From the NCBI GenBank assembly GCA_032718475.1, contig JAUCBJ010001594.1:1-64000 (forward strand): a DNA stretch of 64,000 nucleotides. The letters are read 5' to 3'. The DNA comes from Nemertoderma westbladi (lineage: Eukaryota > Animalia > Xenacoelomorpha). This document shows positions 13,701 through 26,090 of this stretch, piece by piece. The notes below the pieces were generated by a model that did no database searches, was not told the DNA's origin, and saw only the letters and a program-made list of their open reading frames with translations. Within the stretch, counting starts at the first letter, position 1; the number at the start of each line of letters is the position of its first letter. Made by a program: the position numbers and the translations under genes.

Positions 13701-15531
13701 TATGGGTACAGTCAGTGTTACACTATGAGTGCAGTCAGTGTAACCCTATGGGTGCAGTCAGTGTAACCCTATGGGTACAGTCAGTGTTACACTATGAGTG
13801 CAGTCAGTGTAACCCTATGGGTGCAGTCAGTGTAACCCCACGTGTGCAGTCAGTGTAACCCTATGGGTGCAGTCAGTGTATCCCTATGTGTGCAGTCAGT
13901 GTATCCCTATGTGTGCAGTGCAGTCAGTGTAACCATATGGGTGCAGTCAGTGTAACGCTAAGGGTGCAGTCAGTGTAACCCTATGGGTGCAGTCAGTGTA
14001 ACCCTATGTGTGCAGTCAGTGTAACGCTATGTCTGCAGTCATTGTACCCATATGGGTGCAGTCAGTGTATCCCTATGTGTGCAGTCAGTGTAACCATATG
14101 GGTGCAGTCAGTGTAACCCTATGGGTGCAGTCAGTGTAACGCTAAGGGTGCAGTCAGTGTAACCCAATTGGTTCAGTCAGTGTAACCCTATGGGTGCAGT
14201 CAGTGTAACGCTAAGGGTGCAGTCAGTGTAACCCTATTGGTGCAGTCAGTGTAACCATATGGGTGCAGTCAGTGTAACCCTATGTGTGCAGTCAGTGTAA
14301 CCATATGGGTGCAGTCAGTGTAACCCTATGTGTGCAGTCAGTGTAACCCTATTGGTGCAGTCAGTGTAACCGTATGGGTGAGGTCAGTGTAACCCTTTGA
14401 GTGCAGTCAGTGTAACCATATGGTTGCAGTCAGTGTAACCCTATGTGTGCAGTCAGTGTAACCATATGGGTGCAGTCAGTGTAACCCTATGTGTGCAGTC
14501 AGTGTAACCCTATTGGTGCAGTCAGTGTAACCGTATGGGTGAGGTCAGTGTAACCCTTTGCGTTCAGTCAGTGTAACCATATGGGTGCAGTCAGTGTAAC
14601 CCTATGTGTGCAGTCAGTGTAACCATATGGGTGCAGTCAGTGTAACCCTATGGGTGCAGTCAGTGAAACCCTATGTGTGCAGTCAGTGTAACCATATGGG
14701 TGCAGTCAGTGTAACCCTATGGGTGCATTCAGTGTAACCCTATGGGTGCATTCAGTGTAACCCTACGTGTGCAGTCAGTGTAACCCTATGTTTGCAGTCA
14801 GTGTAAACTTATGTGTGCAGTCAGTGTAACCCAATTGGTTCAGTCAGTGTAACCCAATTGGTTCAGTCAGTGTAACCCGATTGGTTCAGTCAGTGTAACC
14901 CTATGGGTGCAGTCAGTGTAACCCTATGTGTTCAGTCAGTGTAACCCTATGGGTGCAGTCAGTGTAACCCTGTGGCGCTGTGGGTGCAGTCAGTGTAACC
15001 CTATGTGTGCAGTCAGTGTAACCCTATGTGTGTAATCAGTGTAACCCTATGTGTGCAGTCAGTGTAACCCTATGGGTGCAGTCAGTGTAACCCTATGTGT
15101 GCAGTCAGTGTAAACTTATGTGTGCAGTCAGTGTAACCCAATTGGTGCAGTCAGTGTAACCCGATTGGTTCAGTCAGTGTAACCCTATGGGTGCAGTCAG
15201 TGTATCCCTATGGATGCAGTCAGTGTAACCCTTTGGGTTCAGTCAGTGTAACCCTATGTGTTCAGTCAGTGTAAACTTATGTGTGCAGTCAGTGTACCCA
15301 ATTGGTTCAGTCAGTGTAACCCGATTGGTTCAGTCATTGTAACCCTATGGGTGCAGTCAGTGTAACCCTATGTGTTCAGTCAGTGTAACCCTATGGGTGC
15401 AGTCAGTGTAACCCTGTGGCGCTGTGGGTGCAGTCAGTGTAACCCTATGTGTGCAGTCAGTGTAACCCTATGTATGTGTGTAATCAGTGTAACCCTATGT
15501 GTGCAGTCAGTGTAACCCTATTGGTGCAGTC
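7738..15531. repeat. 23-bp tandem satellite (GGGTGCAGTCAGTGTAACCCTAT)n, ~340 copies, with ~3.1-kb higher-order duplication
   Basis: Tandem array seen directly; rare monomer variants recur in the same order at an offset of ~3.0-3.2 kb. Confidence 0.97.
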
Positions 15532-16366
15532 GGTGGGAGTCTTGAAAATTTATGCATGCGAATTTTCCTTAATATGGGAATTTTTGGAACCAGTGATTTT
15601 CATATTCACCCCACTTTTGCCCTTCATCATAGCAATGTTCATGCTTTTGTAAAATTATATGCATGTTGGCAATTTTTAAAGCATAACAGACTCCACTATA
15701 ACGAATTTTAGTTTTTATGACAACTTTTGGAGTCACTATATCTTCCCAACGGTGCAGAGCGACTAGTGCAATGTACACTTATACTTATTTTAAACGCTTG
15801 TTTCTAACGAATTAAAGCGAACGAAAATTATGGCTCACCCAGCAAGGAGGAGGTGAGAGGGGAAACTATCTGTTTCAAATTTCATGAAATTTTATTAAGA
15901 TTTCTCTACCCACCGTTATTACCGTTATGGAAAATGAACCGGTTATAGTGCAAGTCTATTCTAACAATAAAGAATAAACTTTGATTTTATTTTATTTGAG
16001 GAGAGATAAGTGTGCGGGTTACAGTTTCGATTTTGTTCATATTAGCGGTTTCCGGCTGTGGTTGTCGGCTGACGCGTAAACCCGAGGTATTCTATACGTT
16101 ATATAGGTTATTCTTTACAGGTGCAACAATGTTTAATTTAATTTAATCAATGTGTTATTTTTATATATATTTCAGGAGCCACTTGGGTGAAAGAATTATC
16201 AGGTATCTAATTTCCACGGAAAATCATTATTCTAGAAAACGGAATTCAATTCATTATTAAAACAATCGGAATTCAACAATCCCTTTATTATTATTAATTG
16301 GTCATATAATCTCTGTAATTCGACTTTTAATAAATTCTATGTAGATCAGTTTTATTCGCTACCAAC

Positions 16367-17920
16367 ATGTTACCCAACCCCAATATCGTCGCCATTAAAC
16401 GGAGTCCTCTGGGCGAATCAAACCGTAATTCTTTATCTCCTATGACGAGTCTCGCTATTAATCTCGACAACGTGCTCAACACTTCCGGTGACGTCACCAC
16501 TGGTCCAGTCCCTGACACCCCCAGCCCGTTCCTCTGCAGTAAACTCCGAGGAAGCGGCCGCGGTTTATCCTTAACTCGACGTTTCTCCCTCGACGACTTT
16601 CCCTCGGATTCCGATTCTCCGTCGACCTTTAAGAGACCCCGGTGCCCGCTGGGGGGCGTCGGGACCCGTCTCCAGCGCTACCGCTCGGGCCCAGTTGGTT
16701 TCGCGTCGAACCGCCCGCCGCTGATCCGCTCCGGTGCGGTGGATCTCCCGGACGACTCGCCCTGCTTCGTCGCGGATTGCTCCGGGGATTGTCCCGACAA
16801 GGAGAACCGCAACCCGACCCGTCGCCCCGGGGAGCAAGCCCCCGCCGTTCGGACGACCAAACGATCGCCGCTCAAGTCGATCCCGCTGTTGCCGACCCGT
16901 TCGGCGCCTCCGGATCACGAAACTCCGACGAAATCCTCGGGTTTCGCCTCCGATGGATTCTCGGTAGACGATTTAACCGCGGACGGCGACTCTCCATCCC
17001 CAACCAACCCGAACGTTAAACAACTCTACGACGCCTTCGATAAGAAACCCCTTACCGCTCCCGGAAAGGCGAGATTAAACTTTACGACTTTCGATAAAGA
17101 TAACCAATCGGTTTCTCCCGAAGGGGTAGTTCCCATCCGGAATATCGACGTCGAAGTTGTCAGCTCGGGGGGCTCCTTCCTGCTGAAGAGACCCGCGGTG
17201 AAACCCAAATCGTTAATTCGATCTCCGGCGAATAAACGGAGTAAATACGAGGAGGATGACTCTCGGACCGGTCGTCTACAACCTCTGAAACTCCAGCGGT
17301 CCCAATCGGTGTGTCCGGAGGAGATCAACCGAATCCTCGATCGGATCTCCAACACCGACGTTATCGGGGATGGGAGCGCGAGCCACGCGCTCCCGCTGGT
17401 GGTCGGGAGGCGTCCGGATTGCCGCTCCATCGAGGCGGCCACCCTGGTCGGCCTGCTCGACGGTCGGTTCGCCGACTCGGTTACTCGCTACCTCGTCATC
17501 GACAGCCGCTACCCGTTCGAGTACCGCGGCGGCCACATCCGGGGCGCGGTAAACTTCTACACCCACGAGGACCTCTCCGACGGGTTGTTCCGCTCGGCGC
17601 CCCCCCTCCTCGGGGCGGCTAACGAGTCGCAGCGATTGGTTCTCATCCTGCACTGCGAGTTCTCGTCGGAACGGGCCCCTCGCGGCTATAAGTACATCCG
17701 CGAGCAGGATCGACTGGTCAACTCCACGGTCTTTCCCCATCTACACTACCCCGAGGTTTATTTACTCCAAGGGGGATATAAAGAGTTTTATTCCCGCTAC
17801 CCTGAGTACTGCGAGCCCCGCGGATACGTACCAATGAACCATTCGGAATATAAAGACGACCTCCGCAGGTTTAAATCGAAGGCCAAAAGTTGGCCACCTT
17901 ACAGACCAAGTAGAAAGTAA
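16367..17920 (+). CDS. CDC25: M-phase inducer phosphatase CDC25 (string/twine family), single-exon ORF, 517 aa
   Basis: Rhodanese catalytic domain with VIDSRYPFEYRGGHIRGAVN, active-site HCEFSSERAP (HCX5R) and LHYPEVYLLQGGYKEF; S/P-rich N-terminus with KEN box (DKENR), RxxS sites and a basic NLS-like segment. Confidence 0.96.
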   Translation: MLPNPNIVAIKRSPLGESNRNSLSPMTSLAINLDNVLNTSGDVTTGPVPDTPSPFLCSKLRGSGRGLSLTRRFSLDDFPSDSDSPSTFKRPRCPLGGVGTRLQRYRSGPVGFASNRPPLIRSGAVDLPDDSPCFVADCSGDCPDKENRNPTRRPGEQAPAVRTTKRSPLKSIPLLPTRSAPPDHETPTKSSGFASDGFSVDDLTADGDSPSPTNPNVKQLYDAFDKKPLTAPGKARLNFTTFDKDNQSVSPEGVVPIRNIDVEVVSSGGSFLLKRPAVKPKSLIRSPANKRSKYEEDDSRTGRLQPLKLQRSQSVCPEEINRILDRISNTDVIGDGSASHALPLVVGRRPDCRSIEAATLVGLLDGRFADSVTRYLVIDSRYPFEYRGGHIRGAVNFYTHEDLSDGLFRSAPPLLGAANESQRLVLILHCEFSSERAPRGYKYIREQDRLVNSTVFPHLHYPEVYLLQGGYKEFYSRYPEYCEPRGYVPMNHSEYKDDLRRFKSKAKSWPPYRPSRK

Positions 17921-18426
17921 TTATTGTTTTGTTATTTTGTGTTATTTATAATATTTATACATTAAATTTACGGTGGAAGTTCATAATATTTCATTTTGTG
18001 TTCTTTGCTATTTACTTGCTTTGCTACTAGTGTTGCTATTTTAGGTTTAGGTTTTATTTCCCAGTCTTACATATTTTTCGTTTTGTTTACTTGTTTTTAT
18101 TAATTCGCTTTTACTGGTGACTTGGCATACTTTTTGCTCCTATAGATTTGTTTTTCATATTGTTTTTCTAATTTTATTATTTAGTTTTGAGCCAAATATT
18201 ATTAGTTTTTACTAGGTTGTATCGATCGTTTGCATTAGCTATTCCCATACAAACTACAATTCGTACAAAACCAGCCATATTCAATATCATAATGTACCAC
18301 CCTGTTTGTTTGTTTGGTATAGTTATGAAATAATTTGTATGTTTAATGTGTTTTAGCATGTAACTTATCTTTGCTAGCCTTGCCTAATATACCATTTTTC
18401 CTCAAACCTCTTGTGACAAATATTCT

Positions 18427-20225
18427 ATAACGTCCCCTCCATACTCAATAACGTCACAACCAGACTCAATAACGTCACACCCTTACTAAATAACGTCCCT
18501 CCCGTACTCAATAAAGTAAGGTCCCCTCCATACTCAATAACGTCCCAACCAGACTCAATAACGTCACCTCCATACTCAATAACCTCCCCTCCATACTCAA
18601 TAACGTCCCATCCAGACTCAATAACGTCCCAACCACACTCAATAACATACCACCCAGGGTCAATAACGTTCCCTCACTCAATAACGTCCCTCCCGTACTC
18701 AATAAAGTAAGGTCCCCTCCATACTCAATAACGTCCCAGCCAGACTCAATAACATCCCACACAGACTCAATAACGTCCCCTCCATACTCAATAACGTCAC
18801 AACCAGACTCAATAACGTCACACCCTTACTAAATAACGTCCCTCCCGTACTCAATAAAGTAAGGTCCCCTCCATACTCAATAACGTCCCAACCAGACTCA
18901 ATAACGTCCCCTCCATACTCAATAACGTCCCACACAGACTCAATAACGTCCCCTCCATACTCAATAACGTCACAACCAGACTCAATAACGTCACACCCTT
19001 ACTAAATAACGTCCCTCCCGTACTCAATAAAGTAAGGTCCCCTCCATACTCAATAACGTCCCAACCAGACTCAATAACGTCACCTCCATACTCAATAACG
19101 TCCCCTCCATACTCAATAACGTCCCCTCCATACTCAATAACGTCCCAACCAGACTCAATAACATCCCACTCATACTCAATAACATCCCACCCATACTCAA
19201 TATCATCCCCTCTATACTCAATAACGTCCCAACCATACCCAATAGCAATAACGTCCCCTCCATAATCAATAACATCCCAACCAGACTCAATAACGTGCCA
19301 ACCAGACTCAATAACGTCCCAACCAGACTCAATAACGTGCCAACCATACTCAATAACGTGCCAACCAGACTCAATAACGTCCCAACCAGACTCAATAACG
19401 TGCCAACCAGACTCAATAACGTCCCAACCAGACTCAATAACATCCCACTCATACTCAATAACATCCCACCCATACTCAATATCATCCCCTCTATACTCAA
19501 TAACGTCCCAACCATACCCAATAGCAATAACGTCCCCTCCATACTCAATAACGTCCCAACCAGACTCAATAACGTCCCAACCAGACACAATAACGTCCCA
19601 ACCAGACTCAATAACATCCCACTCATACTCAATAACATCCCACCCATACTCAATATCATCCCCTCTATACTCAATAACGTCCCAACCAGACTCAATAACG
19701 TCCCCTCCATAATCAATAACATACCCATACTCAATAACGTCCCAACCATACTCAATAACGTCCCAACCAGACTCAATAACGTCCCAACCAGACACAATAA
19801 CGTCCCAACCAGACTCAATAACATCCCACTCATACTCAATAACATCCCACCCATACTCAATATCATCCCCTCTATACTCAATAACGTCCCAACCAGACTC
19901 AATAACGTCCCCTCCATAATCAATAACATACCCATACTCAATAACGTCCCAACCAGACTCAATAACGTCCCAACCAGACTCAATAACTGCCCAACGTGCC
20001 AACCAGACTCAATAACGTCCCAACCAGACTCAATAACATCCCACCCATACTCAATAACATCCCCTCTATACTCAATAACGTCCCAACCAGACTCAATAAC
20101 GTCCCCTCCATAATCAATAACATACCCCATACTCAATAACATCCCCTCTATACTCAATAACGTCCCAACCAGACTCAATAACGGCCCCTCCATACTCAAT
20201 AACATACCAACCAGACTCAATAACG
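18427..20225. repeat. 21-bp minisatellite (ACTCAATAACGTCCCAACCAG and variants)
   Basis: Tandem array seen directly; ORFs on both strands are artefacts of a unit divisible by 3. Confidence 0.95.
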
Positions 20226-20283
20226 CTTCACCCAACTCACTACGTATATTCCATTATATAATTAATTATCAGCTACTTTTTTT

Positions 20284-20741
20284 CACCATTGTGAGGCGAG
20301 CCACGAAGTCGTTGCTTACAGATCAGTACGGCCCCAATTGGCATGGTCTGTCTGTCTGTGTTTGTCTACCTGGTTCAATGCTTGAAGACCAATATCTCAG
20401 CAACGGCTTGTACTAATTTATTGAGATTTAGTACTAAGTGTCAGCAGTAGACGAAAAGTGTCGGCTGTAGACGAAACGTTTTGTAAAAAATTGCAGAGAA
20501 TTTCTCTAGGAAGAGCGACTTCCTAAATTCCTTCCAATTTAGGATGTAAAATACAGAATTTTCACACCGTATAATGCCTATTGGGGGTGTACGAAAAACT
20601 TACGCGAAGTTCCACAGACATCGTGCGTGTGAATCACATCAACGTGTACTGCTATATAATGTTAGTTGATTCATGAACGTAGTTTTTATTTTAACTATTT
20701 CCCTTGTGTTGTTGTCTGTAAATAAATTTACCTCAATGGTG
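20284..20741 (+). mobile_element. HINE/DINE-1-like (Helentron-derived) non-autonomous element
   Basis: Begins after a T-run; inverted ends CACCATTGTGAGG / CCTCAATGGTG; internal (GTCT)n microsatellite. Confidence 0.45.
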
Positions 20742-20751
20742 TCTGCGCCTT

Positions 20752-21015
20752 GTGTAATCCCGTATGTAGTGTGACCCACTCCTATTTAGTGTAATCCCGT
20801 ATGTGGTGTGACCCACTCCTATTTAGTGTAATCCCGTATGTGGTGTGACCCACTCCTATTTAGTGTAATCCCGTATGTAGTGTGACCCACTCCTATTTAG
20901 TGTAATCCCGTATGTAGTGTGACCCACTCCTATTTAGTGTAATCCCGTATGTATTGTGACCCACTCCTATTTAGTGTAATCCTGTAGTGTGACCAATCAT
21001 ATTATTTAGTGTAAT
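20752..21015. repeat. 37-bp tandem repeat, ~7 copies
   Basis: TGTAATCCCGTATGTAGTGTGACCCACTCCTATTTAG repeated in tandem. Confidence 0.93.
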
Positions 21016-21764
21016 TCAATAGCCAGACTCGCCTTACGATACCTTTTATTAATCATGGCCGGACTTACTGTAGCTTAGCAACCAGTATACTTACCATCTC
21101 CTGGTAGACCAGAAGTTATCAAATCAAACAACCGAAGCCTCATCATAATTATATATTAAGCTGATTTTTAATTTCGTGTTTGTGTGTTGAACTCTTTTAC
21201 CACTGTCGACTAAATAAAGTTATTGTTTATTTAACTGTTGTAAATAAACCCATCGATTGTCACTCTGTAGTCGTTCATATAAATACTACCTGATTTCATA
21301 TGATTTTTTATCTCAGCTCGTTTTCTTATACTTACCCAAGTTAAATATTTCCAAATTTTTTGTTCGACCTAATAGACAGCAGCCTTACGCCTCCTTATTT
21401 CATTAAATCGGAATGTTACGTCTCCTTCACTTATTCCATAATATATTTTCTCATGTTTTGTTGCAATATTCGAATAATATTTATCATTCTGTGTAAGCCC
21501 TACTTATTAGGGCGTTAAAGAATATGTCACTGAATTTATCTGGATTTCTGACCCCAATTTATTATCTATCGTTAAGTGTCTTTATTTGACACACCACTTT
21601 GTCAAAACATAACACCCCACTCACCCCCCTTAAAATTATACATCAAAGCTTTGCGCTGGGATAAAGATAGACTTCCAAAAATGTCACAAGTTGAAAAGTA
21701 CTGTTTACCCGAATCTTGGTACAAAAACGATAAAAGTGATTACATAGAACTTATATACAAGACT

Positions 21765-22461
21765 TCTAGACGCCCAACCCCCGCCCCCTCATCCTATAAC
21801 CCATCTGTAGACTCCCAACCCCCGCCCCCATTATCCTATAACCCGTCTGTAGACCCCCAACCCCCGCCTCCCTTATCCTATAACCCATCTCTAGACCCCC
21901 AACCCCCGCCCCCTCATCCTATAACCCATCTCTAGACCCCCAACCCCCGCCCCCTCATCCTATAACCCATCTCTAGACCCACAACCCCCGCCCCCCTTAT
22001 CCTATAACCCATCTCTAGACCCCCAACCCCCGCCCCCTCATCCTATAACCCATCTCTAGACCCGCAACCCCCGCCCCCTCATCCTATAACCCATCTCTAG
22101 ACCCCAACCCCCGCCCCCTCATCCTATAACCCATCTGTAGACTCCCAACCCCCGCCCCATCATCCTATAACCCATCTCTAGACCCCAACCCCCGCCCCCT
22201 CATCCTATAACCCATCTGTAGACTCCCAACCCCCGCCCCCTCATCCTATAACCCATCTCTAGACCCCAACCCCCGCCCCCTCATCCTATAACCCATCTGT
22301 AGACTCCCAACCCCCGCCCCATCATCCTATAACCCATCTCTAGACCCCCGCCCCCTTTATCATATGACCCATCTCTAGAAGCCCAACACCCGCCTCCCTT
22401 ATCCTATAACCCATTTCTAGACCCCCAACCCCCGCCCCCTCATCCTATAACCCATCTCTAA
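21765..22461. repeat. 41-42-bp C-rich minisatellite, ~16 copies
   Basis: CTAGACCCCCAACCCCCGCCCCCTCATCCTATAACCCATCT repeated in tandem. Confidence 0.93.
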
Positions 22462-23102
22462 ACCCTCTCTAAAGGTAAGGGTTTACGATTCGGTGGAATC
22501 AACTTTCATTTTAACTTTCTGTGTGACATGTTTTTATAAACGCCGCTGTTGTAATGATGTTTAATTCGGTAGTGGTTCTCTCAATATCTAAGTTCACGTT
22601 CTCTCCATCAATCTGTACAGATAATTAATTTAATTGAAGGCGTAATTAACTTCAGTTTTTAGTATTTTTCTCTTATCAATCATTCGCGCTATATTTTTAT
22701 ATTAATATTTGATAATGTTGACGTACTACTGTAAATGATAAAACCTATTAATCGTTGAATCAACGACCTTTTTTTTCATTATCACCTTATAAATTTGAAG
22801 TAGATAAAGTTTCCATCGGTACATTCAAACCGCTATAATAATGGTGAAGAATAACAGCAGTGCGACCGACTGGGGCAATATCGACTGAGATACATTTTTA
22901 AAACGATCGCAGCTAAAGATTGAACTCAACCAGGTCAAATAACTAGAACGCCAGCAAGCTGGCTAGCTTTAAGAAGACCGTCTATAACACAAAAAAACAG
23001 AAAAAACGAAATTATAATTCCCATCAAATGTAAACATCTCCCTCCAAGCTGTCACGGAGAAAGTAGAATTAATGTCACGCCCAACCAGTTCGCAACCCTG
23101 TA

Positions 23103-23715
23103 CGGTACTTTGTTCCAAAATCGACGTTTGCGAACTTTGTACCAATGGGTAGCGAACTTAGTTCCAATGAATGCGAACTTTGTTCCAATAAATACGAACT
23201 TAGTTCCAATGCTTCTTTGCGAACTTTGTTCCAATAATTGCGAGCTTTGTTCCAATTGGAAGTTTACAAAAATAAACGAATTAAAATTAATCAGGTTTTT
23301 TAATGAGTACCTTAGAATATATATCAAAATATATGCGGTCAACTATTTTTTACTTCAGTGTTGTAGACTAGTTTAGGCTAAACACTCGAATTATTAGATA
23401 TTAGAGTGCGAGGCGAGGCGGAACGTGCGAAGCCACACGGTGGTGTATGGTGTAGAGTAGGCGTCTTGCCTCACAATAGGTTAAATGATAGTTATGGACT
23501 GGAACACTGAAGGAAATTGTTGGTACTGAATCTATTCGTAATCGTAATATCTTGTTGTTATGCCGGTATTCTTATGTTAGTTATTAAAAACCTATGGGGT
23601 GGGATTCATTGGAACAAAGTTCGCATCTATTGGAACAAAGTTCGTAACTATTGGAACAAAGTTCGCATCCCATTGGAGCAAAGTTCGCAAAAGTAGGTTT
23701 TGGAACAAAGTACCG
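23103..23715. mobile_element. MITE with TIRs and arrays of ~21-bp subterminal inverted repeats
   Basis: CGGTACTTTGTTCCAAAA at the left end and its reverse complement at the right; GCGAACTTTGTTCCAAT repeats at left, inverted copies at right. Confidence 0.75.
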
Positions 23716-24303
23716 ACACGCTAACAGTCTTCTAATAATATACCACTTAACTATTCCTAAACCACAGGACACAATAATTTAGCACTTTAAGTAGAAGACC
23801 GTTAGGACTTCTTACTGTAAAAGTATTCACTATGTATCTGTATATAGGGTGAACTCCTCCAAAGCTATAGCTCGTCCGTCAATGAAACTTATATCAATCG
23901 ACGCAGCTCAAACCCAGGATGTGTAAAAAAAAGTTTCGAAAAAAATTATTAAAGTGTCTTTTTTTATTTCGAAAAATAGCCGGAAAACACGAAAATTGCC
24001 ATCAACTCAACGATATAAACACCAGCTGCTGGTGCTCATGGCGGGCCTAGTAAAGCTACTACTATTGATTGAAATGGCTAGGCCCAAACTGCAGAGAAGT
24101 ATATTATTTGCCAATAAGTTTATTACTATCTCACTCTATCCCAGACAGAAAGCAAACATTGTACCTAATGTATTAGCCAGCCAGCTGAATAGCTCTTCCC
24201 AGAGAATCCTATGGGAATATCTAATGGGTTACTCACTGCTATGTTAGGTGGGACACAAGCTGATTGAATTATAAGGACTGGGCCGTTCAAATGTGGGGCG
24301 AGA

Positions 24304-24889
24304 CACGTAGTCGGCGAGCCTTTGCATACGGTTCATATAGGGCAAATGGGGCATGTCCGTCTGTCTGTCTGTCCGTCCGTCCGTCTGTCTGGTAAATGTT
24401 TGAACGCGAATTTCTCGGCATCGCTCGTTCGGAATTGAACCAAACTTAGTAGGTAAGTAGTAGAGAGAAAGTTTAGAAAGTTTGTAAAGTTTGGTCAAAA
24501 ATCATGCAGTCTGACGTCAGCTACGACAGATTATGTGGTTTTTAGAAAATGTTAAATTTCTCGGGAAGGCCTCATTTTCCTGAGCTGAAATTTTGGTGGC
24601 CTGTAGAGAATCATGAGGTCTATCTTTTACGAAATTGAAAAGTTAAGACATTTAATTGGGGATCCGCTAGAGACTCAGAAGTAATGACATAGGCCTACCG
24701 GTACGGTACTGCTGTACAGTGCTGCACTGGTAAGTACGAAATTGCAGAATAACAATTTGACACCACCTAGCGGATTAACATATGATTGTATATCGAATGA
24801 ATACATTTATAGCATGGGATATGGGGTCCAAACTAGACATGCCCCATTTGCTCTATATGAACCGTATGCCAAGGCTTGCCGACTACGTG
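24304..24889. mobile_element. HINE/DINE-1-like or MITE element with 54-bp inverted repeats and a GTCY microsatellite
   Basis: 24304-24357 is the imperfect reverse complement of 24836-24889; (GTCT/GTCC)n follows the left repeat directly. Confidence 0.6.
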
Positions 24890-25529
24890 CTGCGCGAAGT
24901 CCCCACGAACGTGTTTTATAGGTTAATAATAATGACATTTAGGGGGTGGGATATCTCTCTCTTAAACTGTAAGCAAAGCTGTTCGATGGGGTGAGGGACC
25001 CAACTACACTACGTTTGTCTTATTGCCGCCAGCTTGTTGGCTTTTAGTTATATTACAGCCATACCCATACAAGTGTAAAAATTAAGCTCTGTGGCCTGTA
25101 CATTTCCGTATAAAATTATATAAAATAAGCTTCTTGCCGTCAAAAAATATATGTTTGTTTGTTGGTCTGTGTGTGTGCGTGCACATTGATATTGGCTTGG
25201 AAGAGAACGTGTTCCACATGTTGGGATATCAAGTATTCTTGCAGCTTTAACTCCGTCTTCGTTCAATCCAATATTCCACTAACAATCAGTCAGCTATAAT
25301 CACAACAGCTCTGCCGTGCAATGTAAAAAGACTATGTAATGTTATAATCGAGAACACCGTATCTACTCTAGTTCTTAAGATATGCAATGTAGAAAGGCCG
25401 TAAGTCAACAAATGTATAGTGTTACAAAGGTAAAAGACCGTAAGTGCAATACAAAAGACCGCAACTAATTAAATTTATGCAAAAAACCGAAGTCTCAAGA
25501 CTTGCGGTGTTTTGTCATTGCCTACTGGC

Positions 25530-25934
25530 TCCAGAAGTCGAGTCGAGGAAATCCTGCCAAGCACCTAACTGATCTAGACTTTGCTGATGACTTAGTAGTA
25601 CTCTCGAAATCACTAGAGGGAGCCCAACGGCTCCTCAGCTCATTAGAACATGCTGCTTCTAGTGTTGGTCTTTTTATTAACTCCAGAAAGACCAAAATTT
25701 TGACAGTTAACTTTGAAAGTCCTCAGCAAGTCTCTGATCGGATGAGCATAAGCTCAAAGGATGGTATGCTTGAGCATGTGGACGACTTCTGTTACCTGGG
25801 ATCATGGATCCGGAAGTCAGGTGAGGACCTTCGAATACGTAAGGGAAAGGCATGGGCAACCTTGAATAGGCTTTCCAGGATTTGGAAGTCACCGAGAATT
25901 AATCGGAAACTTAAGGTCCGATTATTTAGAACAA
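25530..25934 (+). pseudogene. RTE-type non-LTR retrotransposon reverse transcriptase fragment
   Basis: DLDFADDL, GLFINSRKTK, FCYLGS and RKGKAWA motifs; truncated at both ends. Confidence 0.85.
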
Positions 25935-26090
25935 CTAAACTATGCATTCAACTCCGCCTGCTCAGACCTATACAATAACAACTCTATACAGTTTACCGTA
26001 GACTACTCCAGAAAATCCATAAACTACCTAGATGTTACTATTCAAGCTTCAAACTCAACAAAACTAACAACCAAAATATATAGGAAACCA

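Noticed and set aside
7738-15531. CRISPR-like appearance (constant GTGCAGTCAGTGTA plus a variable part); Cys-rich small ORFs
   Set aside because: The variable part is only point variants of one 23-bp monomer, with no unique spacers and no cas genes, in a eukaryotic context
16327-17740. Many alternative-frame and antisense ORFs overlapping CDC25
   Set aside because: Expected by-product of high GC content in the real CDS
18851-20235. Overlapping 272-403-aa ORFs on both strands
   Set aside because: Artefacts of a 21-bp minisatellite
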